From the NCBI RefSeq assembly GCF_006345805.1, contig NC_043012.1, forward strand, positions 51,894,001-51,958,000: a DNA stretch of 64,000 bases, in the 5' to 3' direction. The stretch's first letter is position 1, and the number at the start of each line of letters is the position of its first letter. The notes beneath the pieces were generated by a model. The model had not been told where the DNA came from. It was given only the letters and a program-made list of their open reading frames with translations, and did no database searches. Position numbers and translations under genes: made by a program. The stretch is from Octopus sinensis. Its lineage: Eukaryota. Of the stretch, positions 39,882 through 53,179 are shown in pieces.

Positions 39882-40449
39882 TAACACGTAGACACCGGCA
39901 CACCTGTTCGTCCAGATAGATATGCATTCATACATTAATGCGCATATAAGTACAGAAATGTGCATACTCACGTACAACAGTCTTTCATACTCACATACGT
40001 GCATCTCAAACGCGTACGCGTGCACAAGACTATACGCCAGACACTAACGCAATATATTGATGTATACGTATTCGCGCGCAGGCAAAACGCACATGATATA
40101 TATACATCTAACAAGATAAATACAGCTGACGTATATACCCACGTACACGCACACAGAAGCACACACTAACAGCTTACACGTACTCGCGACCATGCATATG
40201 CACACCCTAGTAAGCATCTTGCACGTACCCAACTCACCCTCACATACACACACGCACAGCAGATACTCATCCATACGTATCAGACAGACACATCCACGTG
40301 TTCATAGAGCGGGCAAACACAGGCGCGACTTATTCACACACTCGTCCACCAAAGATTCAACTGCATAAGTTCCTTCGAATACTATGCAGACACTGACACC
40401 GTACTAATTTCCTGTCCTGTCACGTGGTCCAAGACATTCCGATTGCGAA

Positions 40450-40980
40450 CTCTATTTTCATGGATGTGGCGTCAATGAAGTTTCCATATTATTTCCAACA
40501 AGATCATGTGTCCCGCCATGATCAATAATAGCTGCCCAGTTTCCAGTAGTCAAATTCGACATCTTATAACTCACAATTCGGACACCTCAGGCAGGCGAGG
40601 TAGGTTCCTGTACTCTACGAAACTTTATTTTGCTTGGGTCCGAATCAACCATGTTTCAATAATAGTACATGTAGATCTTACTAAATGTGGTGAGTGATTC
40701 TTTGTTTCTGTATGTCCACTCACTTGTATGTATATAAAAAGAATAAATAAATTTGATCCCCAAAACTGTTTGAAGTCTGTCATTACCAATGAAAGAATAA
40801 ATGAGGCCATCGAGAAAATTAAACTCAATACCAACATTTTTCTTCTCATTCGCCAAAACACCTATGGTCACTATCTCATCTGTCGGACCTCTGATTGCTC
40901 AAGACAACATCCTCTATAATACAGCAGAAGACATGGTTGAGTTTCTGAAGAAACAATACTGCTCTGCTTTCAACAATCCC
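40450..40980 (+). mobile_element. LINE ORF2 relic (endonuclease-RT spacer, CR1/L2-like)
   Basis: INEAIEKIK, PTFFFSFAK, SSVGPLI..EDMVEFLKKQYCSAF (cf. NPKxFYSYAK..VGPL..EILNxQYxSVF). Confidence 0.65.
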
Positions 40981-41076
40981 AATTTTGTTAACATGACTGG
41001 TGGTATTAAATTAGACATAGCCTTGGTCAACTTCGGCCAAAATTCATCTAAGTATCGTTTTATATATATATATAGT

Positions 41077-41118
<42 letters not shown>

Positions 41119-41135
41119 GAGAGGGAGAGAGAGAG

Positions 41136-41814
41136 AAATAGCTAGTGTTGTGGCTGCTATTTCTAAATTTTCGGTATGCGGTGAAGCAAATAATTTTGTT
41201 GAACACCCTAATTATAATTATACTCATAATTATAATAATTATTGTTTAAGTTTACCGATAATGGTTCTTTTAACATGCCGAAGCTACTTGGTAGAATTAT
41301 TAATAAATAATGGTTAATAGTTATTAATTAATTAATTAATTTTACCCTTTATTATTATTGATAATATAATTATCTCCCTGATAATAATCTACAGTTGTTT
41401 CTGTGGAATGTTTGCTCGACAACACACGTGGGTAGGTGAGGAGGAGTATGAGATCTCATTCGTATGTTATGAATTCATTGGTACTGGTCACTGGATGTTG
41501 TTTGTCTGATGTCGTTTTGAATTCAGATAGATATGTTCAATTTTTTTCCGTGCTCTCAAATTTAAAATCTGGAAATACTATGCAGATAAGCGAGAATGAT
41601 AGATTGGAAATGTTTTGTTTTTTTTGCATTTTTCATACCTATCTAACTCCGAAACGCGTCCACAGTTAATCAAATTGCCGAGTGAATTTAGTTGTTTTTT
41701 TTTCTTAGACAAATAGCTAGTTGTTTGGGTGCTATTTCTAAGTTTTCGGTATGTGGTGAAGCAAATTTTTTGCTGAACCCTAATTATAATTATACTCATA
41801 ATTATAATAATTAT
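41136..41814 (+). mobile_element. Partial-tandem (A-B-A') element with a hammerhead relic, pLTR/retrozyme-like
   Basis: About 105-bp direct repeats at 41136-41242 and 41711-41814 (period 575). Relic at 41577-41666: acuaug CAGAUAA gcgagaaugauag..cuaucuaacucc GAAAC GC GUC cacagu. Confidence 0.65.
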
Positions 41815-41887
41815 ATATATATATATATATATGAGGGATGATCACTACGTGGACATTCATTATGCTAGAAATAGATACGCTATATAT

Positions 41888-41935
<48 letters not shown>

Positions 41936-42053
41936 ATATATATTTATATATATTTAAAAATTAAGGGTAGAAATTGATATTAGTCAATTAAAACCAGTGG
42001 TCTAGCACATTAAAAAGAATCCGAAGATTAAAACAGTCCTTAATTGGTATATA

Positions 42054-42112
<59 letters not shown>

Positions 42113-42124
42113 TATAATATATAT

Positions 42125-42211
<87 letters not shown>

Positions 42212-42287
42212 GGATCAATACAGTTTGAGCCATATATGTAACTCCCAATGTGTTGAGTGTCCTTTTGTTTGTCTACTCACACATATA

Positions 42288-42685
42288 TCTTTATATATAA
42301 AAGTGAGGTTGTGTGCTGTCTGTCTCCTACGATTTAGATTCCTAACTACTCCCACATTTTGCGGTGCAGTTTAACCAAAACCGGGTATCTTATAGTCGTG
42401 ATTCATATCGAGCCCTTCTGGGTATTAGCGCGCGTCTACGATGAGTCTACGATTTTAAAAATAATTTACCATCAATTTTTCCCATTTTTAATGCCTTTTT
42501 AGAATATATAAAAGGTAAGTAACCCTCTAAAAATTAATTATTAAATCTCAGAACGTAAAAAGCTACAGTAACATCCCCCTTTGTGGTTAGCCATATTGAG
42601 ATGGCTATTATACTTTTACATCCCTAAAAATGCTTATATAGCTATTTCCCTTAGAAACCCGAGCAACGCCGGGCGATACTGCTAG
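42288..42685 (+). mobile_element. Non-autonomous Helitron, 398 bp
   Basis: A|TCTTTATATATAAAAG 5' end. Subterminal hairpin cccg(a)gc-aac-gccggg at 42658-42673. CTAG|T 3' end. Confidence 0.85.
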
Positions 42686-42782
42686 TATAATATAAAGAAA
42701 AAAACAGGAAAAAACACGAGAATAGAAAAGTTTCTATGTCGTGTATGTATCAGAGAATCATTAGGATGGAATGAAAGAGGGG

Positions 42783-42820
42783 TTGTGACGTTTCCAATAT
42801 GGCTCTTCGTCAGAAAGGGG
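42783..42820 (-). ncRNA. Minimal hammerhead relic within a ~180-bp element (about 42690-42870)
   Basis: CUGACGA A GAGCC AUAU UG GAAAC GUC. The 3' side of stem II appears deleted and stem I no longer pairs. Confidence 0.5.
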
Positions 42821-43422
42821 AAAGTAGAAAAAGATCGGAGCGAGAGAAAAGAGAATCCGAGTAATGCATGAGTGTCACAGCATGGTTGAGTGAACAAGTG
42901 AATGGAAACAGATCTGAAACCATAGAGTTGGTGTAGCATTTCTTGTGTAAAAGTTAGATTCAGGTCATGGTATTTAGGGTTTTGTGTGTTATTGTTCTAG
43001 AAATTCCAATATATGAGCTTGTATGTGTGAATGTGTTTGTGTGTGTGCATGAGAGTGCATTTTTTTTGCGAATATGTATATAGAATGTGGAAAGAACTGC
43101 GTATTTCATGTTAGTATTATTTTTTGTTAAATATGATAAGTATTGAAATCGCTGACGTATACCAGACTAAAATATATCCAGAGGATATTCCGATTAACAA
43201 AACTTTGAAGGCAGTGCCCAGTCGTTGCAGTGTTGTAATGTGAATTCAGCAAAAGATGAAAGAAATATACATGTGTATATATATATATATGTGTGTGTCT
43301 GTGTGTGTTTGTGTGTGTCTGTGTATGTATGTATGTATATATGCGTCTGTGAGTATATTTTTGTACGTGTGTCTGTGTATTTGAGCTCGTACGTGTGTGT
43401 GAATACAGTCACATATACCCAC

Positions 43423-43467
<45 letters not shown>

Positions 43468-44195
43468 GTGTGTGTGTGTGTGTATGTATGTATGTATATA
43501 ATGTGTGTGTATTGCTATGAATGAGAGCTGAAGTTGAAATGGAAGCATATATTTTCCAGAGTAATTGATTTACAAATATCTCAACAGATATTAAATCCCA
43601 GGAATACGTATATACAATATTCCAAAATTAATATCTACTAAACACTTGAAATATCGCTTCGCCTAACAAATGGAAAACTATACGCAAGCCATACTTTTAT
43701 GAACTCCCAATAGTACATTTTGCTCCTTCTATCGTTAGATACGTTATAAGCTATGTATAATATCAGTGTTTCTACTCTAAACAATATATTCAGTAGAGAG
43801 TGGATGGTATAGTGCACTGGTTCCCTATACCTTTTGATTGGTGAGCCGAGTGATATTTCAGGTGTTTAATGGATATTATATTTTGAGATATACAGAGACA
43901 CACACAGACACCCTCCCAACTCACGTATACTATATATATATATAGGAGACGTAATGTGTGTATGCTTTATCATTCTTATACAAAAACAACGATTAAATGC
44001 CCGTGGGATGTATTTCTGCTACGGACATGGAGCACGTTTGAGGGCATCGCAGAATTTCAAAGTCTTGCAAGAGATATAAATAAAAGTAATACAAAATACT
44101 TTGATGGTAATATATTTGATATAATCTAAATGGACTTAATTTCTAAGTATTTTCACACTCTCTCAATGGTTTCTTTCTGTTCTCTGATGTTCATA

Positions 44196-44230
<35 letters not shown>

Positions 44231-44991
44231 ACACGCAGATGCACGCGCACGCACGCAAGCACACACACATATATATACACACACTCACGCACATACACAA
44301 ACACGCCAACACACACACACATCCATGCACGCCCAGATGCAGGCATGCACGCACGCAAGCACACACACAGAGCCACTCATAAACACACTCATCACAGAAA
44401 GGCGGAATCTACTGAAATTTTGTCACTAAACCAGTGAACGTAGTGGGTGGGTAACTCTTATATGCCAACGCCAATTACGAATCGGTACCTGTTTAATCGA
44501 CCCTTAACAGATGAATAGCAAAGTTGACGTCGTCGAAATTTGAACTCAGAACGTAAGGCTCTGAAAGACAAGCTGTGAATCATTTTGTGAGAGACGCTAC
44601 CGATTCTGCCACTTCGCAATCCCGGAAGAGTTGAATTGATCTATTGACACGTGTGAGATGTGAGACTTAATGAAGTATGGGAAAACTGAAATCTTTGCAA
44701 TTGGTAAATGCAACATAACCTTTTATTCAAGGTATTTATGAATTATGTGTTGCCCAACGGTGATAAAGATTGATCAAAAATCTATTTTCAATGTTTGGCT
44801 TAGTCACTTCCTCCTTTTTTTTTTTTTTTGGCAGGATCTATACTCCTCGCCAACTGAAGATAACATAATTCTTTCAAAATATACAAAGTATCATGTGTTA
44901 CACTACATGCAACCCACAAAATTTGATGCATAACCAAAAACTATTTACTCATAACGTCAATTATATGCTTCATTATATTTAGTATGTGGAA

Positions 44992-45405
44992 GGCGGCGGG
45001 CTGGCAGAAACGTTAGCACGCCGGGCGAAATGCGTAGCCGTATTTTGTCTGCCGTTACGTTCTGAGTTCAAATTCCGCCGAGGTCGACTTTGCCATTCAT
45101 GCTTTCTGGGTCGATAAATTAAATACCAGTTACGCACTGGGGTCGATATAATCAACTTAATCCGTTTGCCTGTCCTTGTTTGTCCCCTCTGTGTACAGCC
45201 CCTTGTGGGTAGTAAAGAACTAGGTATGTCGTCTGCCGTTAGGTTCTGAGTTCAAATTCCGCCGAGGTCGACTTTGACTTTCAATCTTTCGGAGTCGATA
45301 AATTAAGTACCAGTTACGCACTGGGGTCGATGTAATCGACTTAATCCGTTTACCTGTCCTTGTTTGTCCTCTCTGTGTATAGCCCCTTGTGGGTAGTAAA
45401 GAAAT
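44992..45405 (+). mobile_element. SINE family B, full copy plus head-to-tail 5'-truncated second copy
   Basis: 44992-45223 is complete. 45225-45405 restarts at tcgtctgccgtt. Confidence 0.9.
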
Positions 45406-45501
45406 ATATATTTAGTATGAGGAGCACAATTTAAGATTCACATATTCAGGAGGATTTTCGTATTGATAATTCAGTAAAACCAAGCTATATTTATTATAAG
45501 T

Positions 45502-45720
45502 GGAGGCACATGGCTTAGTGGTTAGGGTATTGAACTCATGATCGTAAGGTTGTGGTTTCGATTCCTGGACCGGGCGACGCGTTGTAGTCTTCAGCAAAAC
45601 ACGTCATTTCACGTTGCTTCAGTCCACTCAGTTGTCAAAAATTAGTAACGCTGCGATGGACTGGTTTCCCGTCCAGCTGGGGAACACATACGCCATAGAA
45701 ATCAGGAAACCTGGCTTGGC
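45502..45720 (+). mobile_element. SINE family D variant (same head, different 3' part)
   Basis: ggaggcacaTGGCTTAGTGGttaggg...GGTTTCGATTCC; shares catttcacgttgct..agtccactcag with 37476-37800. Confidence 0.8.
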
Positions 45721-46411
45721 TTTAAAAAGGCGCATTTTAAAAATATTTATTATAATACGCCTTTAAGCACACTGACTATTGTGATGGTGGGGAAAATACG
45801 ATCAACTGAAGGATATACTTAGATCATAGAGTTATATTTATGGAAAGTAATTACGCACGGGATTACGTATGATATAGCATCCAACTAATATTGGTGTATT
45901 GCTTGATTTTTATCTATGTGAGGTTGATTCGATGGTGCTCTAGCATGATTATTGCTACATTTGTTACAGCACTAATTCTACAGTTGATGATTTATGAATG
46001 AGGCATTTTGATACAGCTGCATTCATTTATGATTCAAGGCTTATGGAGTTTATTGGAATATTTACTGTTGGTATATTTGGTCCATGTTTTCATCGTCGTC
46101 ACATTACATGAAGTTTGAATATGGTTTACAGCTTATTGTAGACATACGTACGAACGAGAAAATACACATTTCTTTCTTTCTGCTTGTGCCAACGAACTAG
46201 AGACTTAAGGATAAATGTATTTAAAATGTTACCCTTTGATTGTTCGACCATATTCCATGCAATGAGAATTTAATGTCTTCCTTCAACCTGCCAAATACTT
46301 TGGCATTACGATTAATATTTTAAAAGAATTCTTTATTATTATGGAAGAAATCATTACTGTTATAATAGAAAGCATTATTATTATAAAATATGAATAGTTG
46401 GTGGGGGAAGG

Positions 46412-46635
46412 TGGTGAGGCAGCAGAATCGTTAGCACGCTGGACAAAGTGCTTAGCGGCATTTAGTCTGTCTTTGCGGTCTAACTTCTATCGACTTTGAC
46501 TTATATCTTTTCGGAGGTTGATAAAATATATATTAGGGAAGTACTGCGGTCGATCTAATCGGCTTTTCCGTCCCGTCAAAAGCTGCTGGAACTCTGCCAA
46601 ATCTGAAACCATTATTATTATTATTATTATTATTA

Positions 46636-46673
<38 letters not shown>

Positions 46674-46890
46674 TATTATTATTATTATTCGAGCTGGCAG
46701 AATCGTTAGCACGCTGGAGAAAATGCTTAGTGTCATTTCATCCATTCTGAGTTCTGAGTTCAAATTCTAGCGACGTCGGCTTTGTCTTTAATCCTTTCAA
46801 TTGTCGATAAATTAAGGACCAGTGAAACACTAGGGTCCATGTAATCGATTTGTCCCCTCCCCGAAAATTTCAGGCCTTGTGCCTTTAAAA
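46412..46890 (+). mobile_element. Two SINE family B variants separated by a (TTA)n tail
   Basis: gcagaatcgttagcacgctgg heads at about 46420 and 46695. (TTA)n at 46610-46690. Confidence 0.8.
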
Positions 46891-46984
46891 GAAATAATTA
46901 ATATTGTTGTTGCTGTTGTTGTTTTGTTCTTTGCTGTCGTCGATGTTGTTGATAAGTCGGCGATCCGACACCCTCGTTACATTT

Positions 46985-47215
46985 ATGTCTTTATTGTCCG
47001 CAGAGTGCTAAACTTACAGGTGACAAACAAAGGACAGACAAAGGGATTAAGTCGATTACTTCGATCCCAGTGCGCAACTGGTACTTATTTAATCGACCCC
47101 GAAAGGATTAAAGGCAAAGTCTACCTCGATGGAATTTGAACGCAGAACGTAACGGCAAACGAAATACCGGTAAGCATTTCGCCCGGCGTGCTACCGTTTC
47201 TGCCAACTCGCCTTC
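46985..47215 (-). mobile_element. SINE family B, full length
   Basis: Reverse complement of the family B consensus. Confidence 0.88.
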
Positions 47216-47640
47216 GTTACATTTCTGTCGAATTCGAAATGTCCGCCGACATCTACTTTGCCTTTGATCCTTCTCAGATCAATGAAATAGGTAGCAGTCT
47301 AACACTGGGTACGATGTAAAGAATTAGCCACCATGTTTCAGCTTTTATGCTAGTAGTGGAAAGGATTATTGGTGTGTTTCTGAAGTTTTCGTAAGGTTGC
47401 GAGCTGGCAAATATTGCAACGCATCGGATGAAATGCTTAACGGAATTGCAGCACTTAACGTTCTGAGTTGAAATTCAACCGATTTCGACTTAATCTTTTC
47501 GCGGACGATAAAATAGGCATTTGCTAATTGGGGCTGGAGTGATCAAGACCCTTCCTACTAAGCTTGCTGGCCTTGTCTGAATATTTCAAACCTTTATTAT
47601 TATTGTTGTACTGAAGGCTGCGAGCTGGAGGAGTGTGTCT

Positions 47641-48226
47641 GAGAGTGGAACTAACAGGTGAGTAGTAGCAGGGTGTAGCAGTAGCTGAATTTGGGTTCGA
47701 GAGGCTGGTTGATGAGTCGAGTGTGTACTGTGTGTGTACGTATGTATTTGTGCGTGTTCTTATGAGTGTGTGTATGAGTGTATGTAAATTTATGTGTATT
47801 TGTATGTGTGTATGTATGTGTATGTATATTTGCGTGTGTACGCTCGTGTGTGTGTGTGTCAATGTATATGAGGGATTTTTTACATGTTTATGATTATATG
47901 TAAATGTGTGTGTGTGTGTGTGAGTATGTGTGTGTGTCTAATGTAAATGTTGCATGTGTGTGGATGAGTGTGGAAGATATACAGAGAGGAGAAAGAAGAG
48001 AAAAGTAGAATGAGACAGGTGCGAGAAATAAAAGTACGGAAGTCGGAAGCTGTTGTATGAAGGAGCGGGGGAAATCTGGTGGTGATAGGTCCATGTTGTA
48101 AGACCAGGCCATGGTGTAAGGCACACACCGTGCACAAACATTCTGAATTCTTTACTGCCACAAGGGGTTACATACAGAGGAGACAGACAAGGACAGACAA
48201 ATGGATTAAGTCGATTATATCGATCC
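47641..48226 (-). repeat. Copy 1 of a composite SINE-B + ~520-bp extension
   Basis: Colinear with 57262-57886. Confidence 0.9.
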
Positions 48227-48254
48227 TAAGAAGCGTACCTCCCTAAAATTTTAT

Positions 48255-48890
48255 CGTCAGCATCTACGTACGAAGAACTGATTGAAACAGATGTTGCTAA
48301 AAATCAATGAAGATAAAATTTTATAAAATTCAGTCAAAGAGTAAGGGCTGATTGTATAAGCAAAAGCGGGGCAATTATTAATCATCTTATAAGTGAATTC
48401 AATAAGCTAGGGCAAAACGAGTACAAGTGTAGGCCTGAGTATCTTTGTAAAAAATGCATTGATATTAGTCAAGTTTATGAAGGCGAAGTGACAGAAAAAA
48501 ATAAATGAATACGATCCAGAAACTGCGTTGGTGTATGATAATTACAGGATTTTGTAGAATTTTTCCCCAAAACACTGACAATACTATAGAATTAAGGAAA
48601 CGAGGAGTAGAGGAGCAAGGAAATTAACGAACTGTGTAATATCAAAGGTTGTCAGAGATTTTTGAGAACATTGAGAAGTATCAGCACCTAACCACAGAGA
48701 AGGAGTAATTTGTGGAGGACAAAAGTGACAATTGTTCTTGTGATAATTGATGCACTTAGCACAACACCCAAGTTGCTACTTAAGGGATTGAAGTATATTA
48801 AAATTGAAGCAGGCAATGTCAACATGCAGAAAATTGCCATTCTGTATTCTTCCAGAATACTAAGAACGGTTCTTGAGATTCAAGGAGGCA
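48255..48890 (+). mobile_element. R4/Dong-like LINE, 3' end (CCHC region and restriction-like endonuclease), decayed
   Basis: NHLISEFNKLGQNEYK (cf. HIISECxKLAQKEYK), IEKYQHL, LWRTKVTIVLVIIDALST..MQKIAILYSSRILRTVLE. Confidence 0.78.
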
Positions 48891-49511
48891 TGTTGCCACA
48901 AACTTCAGGTTAACATTTCTGTAAATTAAATTAGCATGTAGTAGCTTTTGAGTAACAATGAATGCAATGATATGAATGAGAAAACTGAAGGTCTATATAG
49001 GTATAACTTTTTTTTTTAATAAACACTACCCAAAAGAAATTTTTACTTCGATCGCAAAGATTGTTTCATTCAATTCGAAAATGTATACAAATGAGTAATA
49101 TATATTCTGCATGGTTAAAAAAAGAGGATACATATTTGTTTTGAAACCCCAACCATACGCTCTAAACACTTAAATAAATTTAGTATGGATATCTAAAAAA
49201 ACTGCTGTTAAAATAAAATACAAGTTGATTAAAAAACAAAATCGAACATATCGGACGCGGAATATTATATCTCAACATAATTTGCAACTATTTCGTTGTC
49301 AATATTCCTCTTATTGCGGACAACAATTGTAACTGTTATTGAAGACAGGTCAATTGTTTCATTCTATTCTCTGTGTCAGTCATTGAACTCTGCTGAGACG
49401 CCACCTAGTAGACATTAGTCAATGAAATCAATTCCGGTATTTGTATTTTTTTTTCAATATGGTATTAATTCTTTCTTTCTCTGCATGTGAGAGTATTCAT
49501 CACATATTGTA

Positions 49512-49830
49512 TAGGCACATGACTGTTTCTAAGCCACACGGCTCTGGGTTTAGTCCGCTGCGTGGCACCTGGGGCGACAGCCTTCTCCTATAGCCTCCAG
49601 CCGAGTGTGTGTGTATGTGTGCGTGTGTGCGTGTATATGTGTGTGTATGTTAGTCATTGCATCTGTGTTTTACTTCCTCCACCACTCAAAACCGTTGTTG
49701 GGTTGCGAAATCCTGGGACTAGCGGTTCGGCGAAAGAGACCAATAGAATAAGCATTAGGCTTTAAAAATTGTTTATATTGATTTATATGTCTAAAATTTC
49801 TTTAAGACGGTGTCGTATAATGCCGGTAAT
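49512..49830 (+). mobile_element. SINE family A, degenerate
   Basis: Head, internal TG tract and gcggttcggcgaaagagacc..gaataag. Confidence 0.7.
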
Positions 49831-49853
49831 CTAATCCATGAAGGAAGTAAAAG

Positions 49854-49893
<40 letters not shown>

Positions 49894-50047
49894 GGTGTGT
49901 GTGTGGGTGTGTGTGTGTGTGTGTGTGCGTATTTGTTGTGTACGTGTATATGTATATATGCATATGCATATATATATATGTGTGTGTGTTTGTGTGTATG
50001 TATGTATGTATGTATGTATGTATGTATGTATGTATGTATATATATAT

Positions 50048-50100
<53 letters not shown>

Positions 50101-50309
50101 GTGAATGGTTTTATCTCCCGCTTGCAAATAATATCGGGGGTGCGAAGCGCACTGAAAAAGCAAGCTGGAAGAGATGTCCTTCTGGAGGTTAAGTGGCAGT
50201 ATCAACGTCTCATAGAAGACAACCACATCAAAGTGCCCATAAGCAATACTCTGTTCCTGGAGATCGCTCTTAAAGAGAAAACTCGTAAAGCAGAGCAATA
50301 ATTTCCCAT

Positions 50310-50775
50310 CGTAGCACTGTTATAAATCGTAATTCGTTCTCAGAAAAAATATTTTAGCAATAAAATTTATAATATTTATACATAAATGGTAATAGAACAA
50401 TAGTAGAATGTAAAAAAATATTTTATGTAAAATAAAAAGCATGTCAAGACTATTTGTAATAAAGAAGTATTATTATGATCGTTTTCTGAATCACTTTCAC
50501 TAGTCTTGTGCAAACCATCGCTTGTAGACGCAGTCACCGATTCACAAGCACTCGTAGACGGACTTGAAGATTTATTTTTAAGAAACAAATATTGAGTTGT
50601 TTGCTGAGAAGAAGCTTTTTTCGCTCTCTATAAATTCTCTGCAACACGTAGCGGCATTTGCTATGGTAGAAAAAACTTTGGCACCTCGTTGGAAATTTGC
50701 ATCTTGTGCTTGAAAATTGAATTTTCTAAAACCGGCGTCTCGTAAAGCGTGTCCTCGTAAACTGAGGCATTACTG
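50310..50775 (-). mobile_element. Tigger/pogo deletion derivative
   Basis: Terminal CAGTAATGCCTCAGTTTACG (rc of 50756-50775). C-terminal-like peptide NFQRGAKVFSTIANAATCCREF..KKASSQQTT..FLKNKSSSPSTSACE. The other TIR is degenerate. Confidence 0.65.
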
Positions 50776-50794
50776 TGTATACCCACGCACAAAC

Positions 50795-50851
<57 letters not shown>

Positions 50852-50855
50852 CGCA

Positions 50856-50921
<66 letters not shown>

Positions 50922-53179
50922 GCACGTATGTAATTGGATGCGATGCGCTCATACCCCGTTTCCAGAGGTACCAAATTAATGGACAAGTTTCGTGAGTTAC
51001 ATAGAATTTGACAAAGTTTCTGAGTAGCGGGATTCAATGTGAAAGCTCGAATTTACCAAGTGACTTCGCCACGCCTGCGCCTTAATGGAAATGTTCACTA
51101 TTACATGTAATAGTCCGTATATGCTCGGCATTTGCATCTGACTTAATATAGATTTTTCATTCCCTCAAACTAAAATTGAATGCAAATTCGCATCTTTTAG
51201 TGTTACCCCGAATAATAAAATAAGTCTTTCAATTACCTTCGAATCATGCAACCAGTTAAAAAAAAAGTGTAAAGAAAATTATAAAAGATTTTGACTCTTT
51301 CCTGGGCATTGCTTTCAAAAGTTTCTTCCATGTGTAATAGTAAAACTTAAAATACAATCTGCATACATCAGGTATCGCTAAGAGCAAAAAATTTTCTAAA
51401 AATTATTATTTAGTGTATAGCATATATACATGAATGTTAATATACTATAGGGAAGATATACTAAAAATAAAAAAAATAAAAAATAAAATTCTATCAGTTA
51501 GTAGGTGTATCGTAATTACACGGTAAGTGAAAAAAAAAGTTGAAATCAATACATAAAGACCAAAAAGTTATTTTTAATGCCATATCAACTTTCGTATTCC
51601 TCCAAGCAAGTTATTAAACCGTGAACAATACTCACAGACACTTAAATACAAGCTTCGGGCAAAAGCTGGCATCGAGAGAGAAATTAGTCGCCATTTAAGA
51701 ATGAGCAATTTTCGATAATGAAACTGTCTGAAACCATTATGTCTTGATAACTAAAATGAAACAAAAGTTTTAAATTTTGTGAATATTACACAATAAATAT
51801 CGATTTCTTTGTTAAGCATATGATCAAATTTGTAAAGAGAGGATATGATGTACTTTGAAATGATTCTGTATTTTAACGCCCTTCCGAGCATGAATTCTGT
51901 CAAGAGAACTATATTCGCATGCGAATAGAATTCCCTATAGACTATCCATTTCCGTTTGCATTATAAGATAAAGTATATGATATCGAAGTGAGATGAATAT
52001 AGCACAAAGATGGATGTGAACGTAGACAGCAAATAGCGAAAAATCTGAGGGAATGTTTCGTCGACCCCCAAAAATTTTATTGCTCTAATTCACTATTTTT
52101 TCTGTGAATTTCATCTTAGAATCAGAGTATTAATTGTAGTTGTGTTTTAGCCCTAAATTATAAAGACAAAGCGTTCCGTAGACACAAAGCGTTCTAGCTA
52201 TCCTTTCATTCACAGTGTATGCAGTACTATATTATCTAATGTATATTCGCATACATTTATGTAGTATGTAATAAGTGGTTGAATGGATAATGATTTCTAA
52301 CATTAACATGCAATATGGAGGCTCCTATCTGGCAGCTTTTGCTGAAACAAATAGTTGAAATTAATATGGTATAACTGAAGATTAAAATTTTTTGAAGTTT
52401 TATTTTTTTACTACGTTTTTGAACTGAGTAAAATCGATTCCGATGCTTAAATAAGTTTGGTACTGACATTCCTGATCTACTTTGAATGACTAAATCACCG
52501 TTTTTATCATAAGCAGACGCAGTAATTGATACCACAAGGAGCAAATGAATGGACAAAGAAAGGAAGGGGGCATTTTATAATAGAAAGGAAAATAGCATAT
52601 ATCTAAAGAAGATCGGGAACCGTCCCTTCAGAGTATTTTACAATCAGAAAGTATATTGGAATATTTAAAAACACACAACGAGTTTTTTTAGGAAATAGGT
52701 GTACGGAGTGAAAATATTTTGAAACATAGAGATCGATAAAGTAATTTCCAAACTGAAATAAGCACTTGGCATTCATATTGACGATCTTAAATTCTCGAAG
52801 TTGGTTCCATTTAGAAGGTCATCTGAGTAAGATGTTTAATGAATGAGGGTGCACAAAGATAAAACTGGTTGTTGGTAATATGAATGCAAGTAAACTTGAA
52901 CTAAAGGAACAAAAAGAATGGTCGCAATTATAACACATAATGGAAATAAAAAATGCATAGACAAGAAGCCCCATCGTCAGATTTGTTGCTGGTTTTGCAG
53001 CTGTACAACTCGTAATCTACAATAAAACTAAAAACTACTATTTGTTTTTTAGTCACACAAGAGATAACAATTGTACACTCCACGTTAGTTATGTAATTGT
53101 ATATGTGTATGTGTGTCTAGGCGTGTGTGTTTGTTGGTATCTATGTTTGTGCATATCTGTGTAATCACTGATTTTACGG

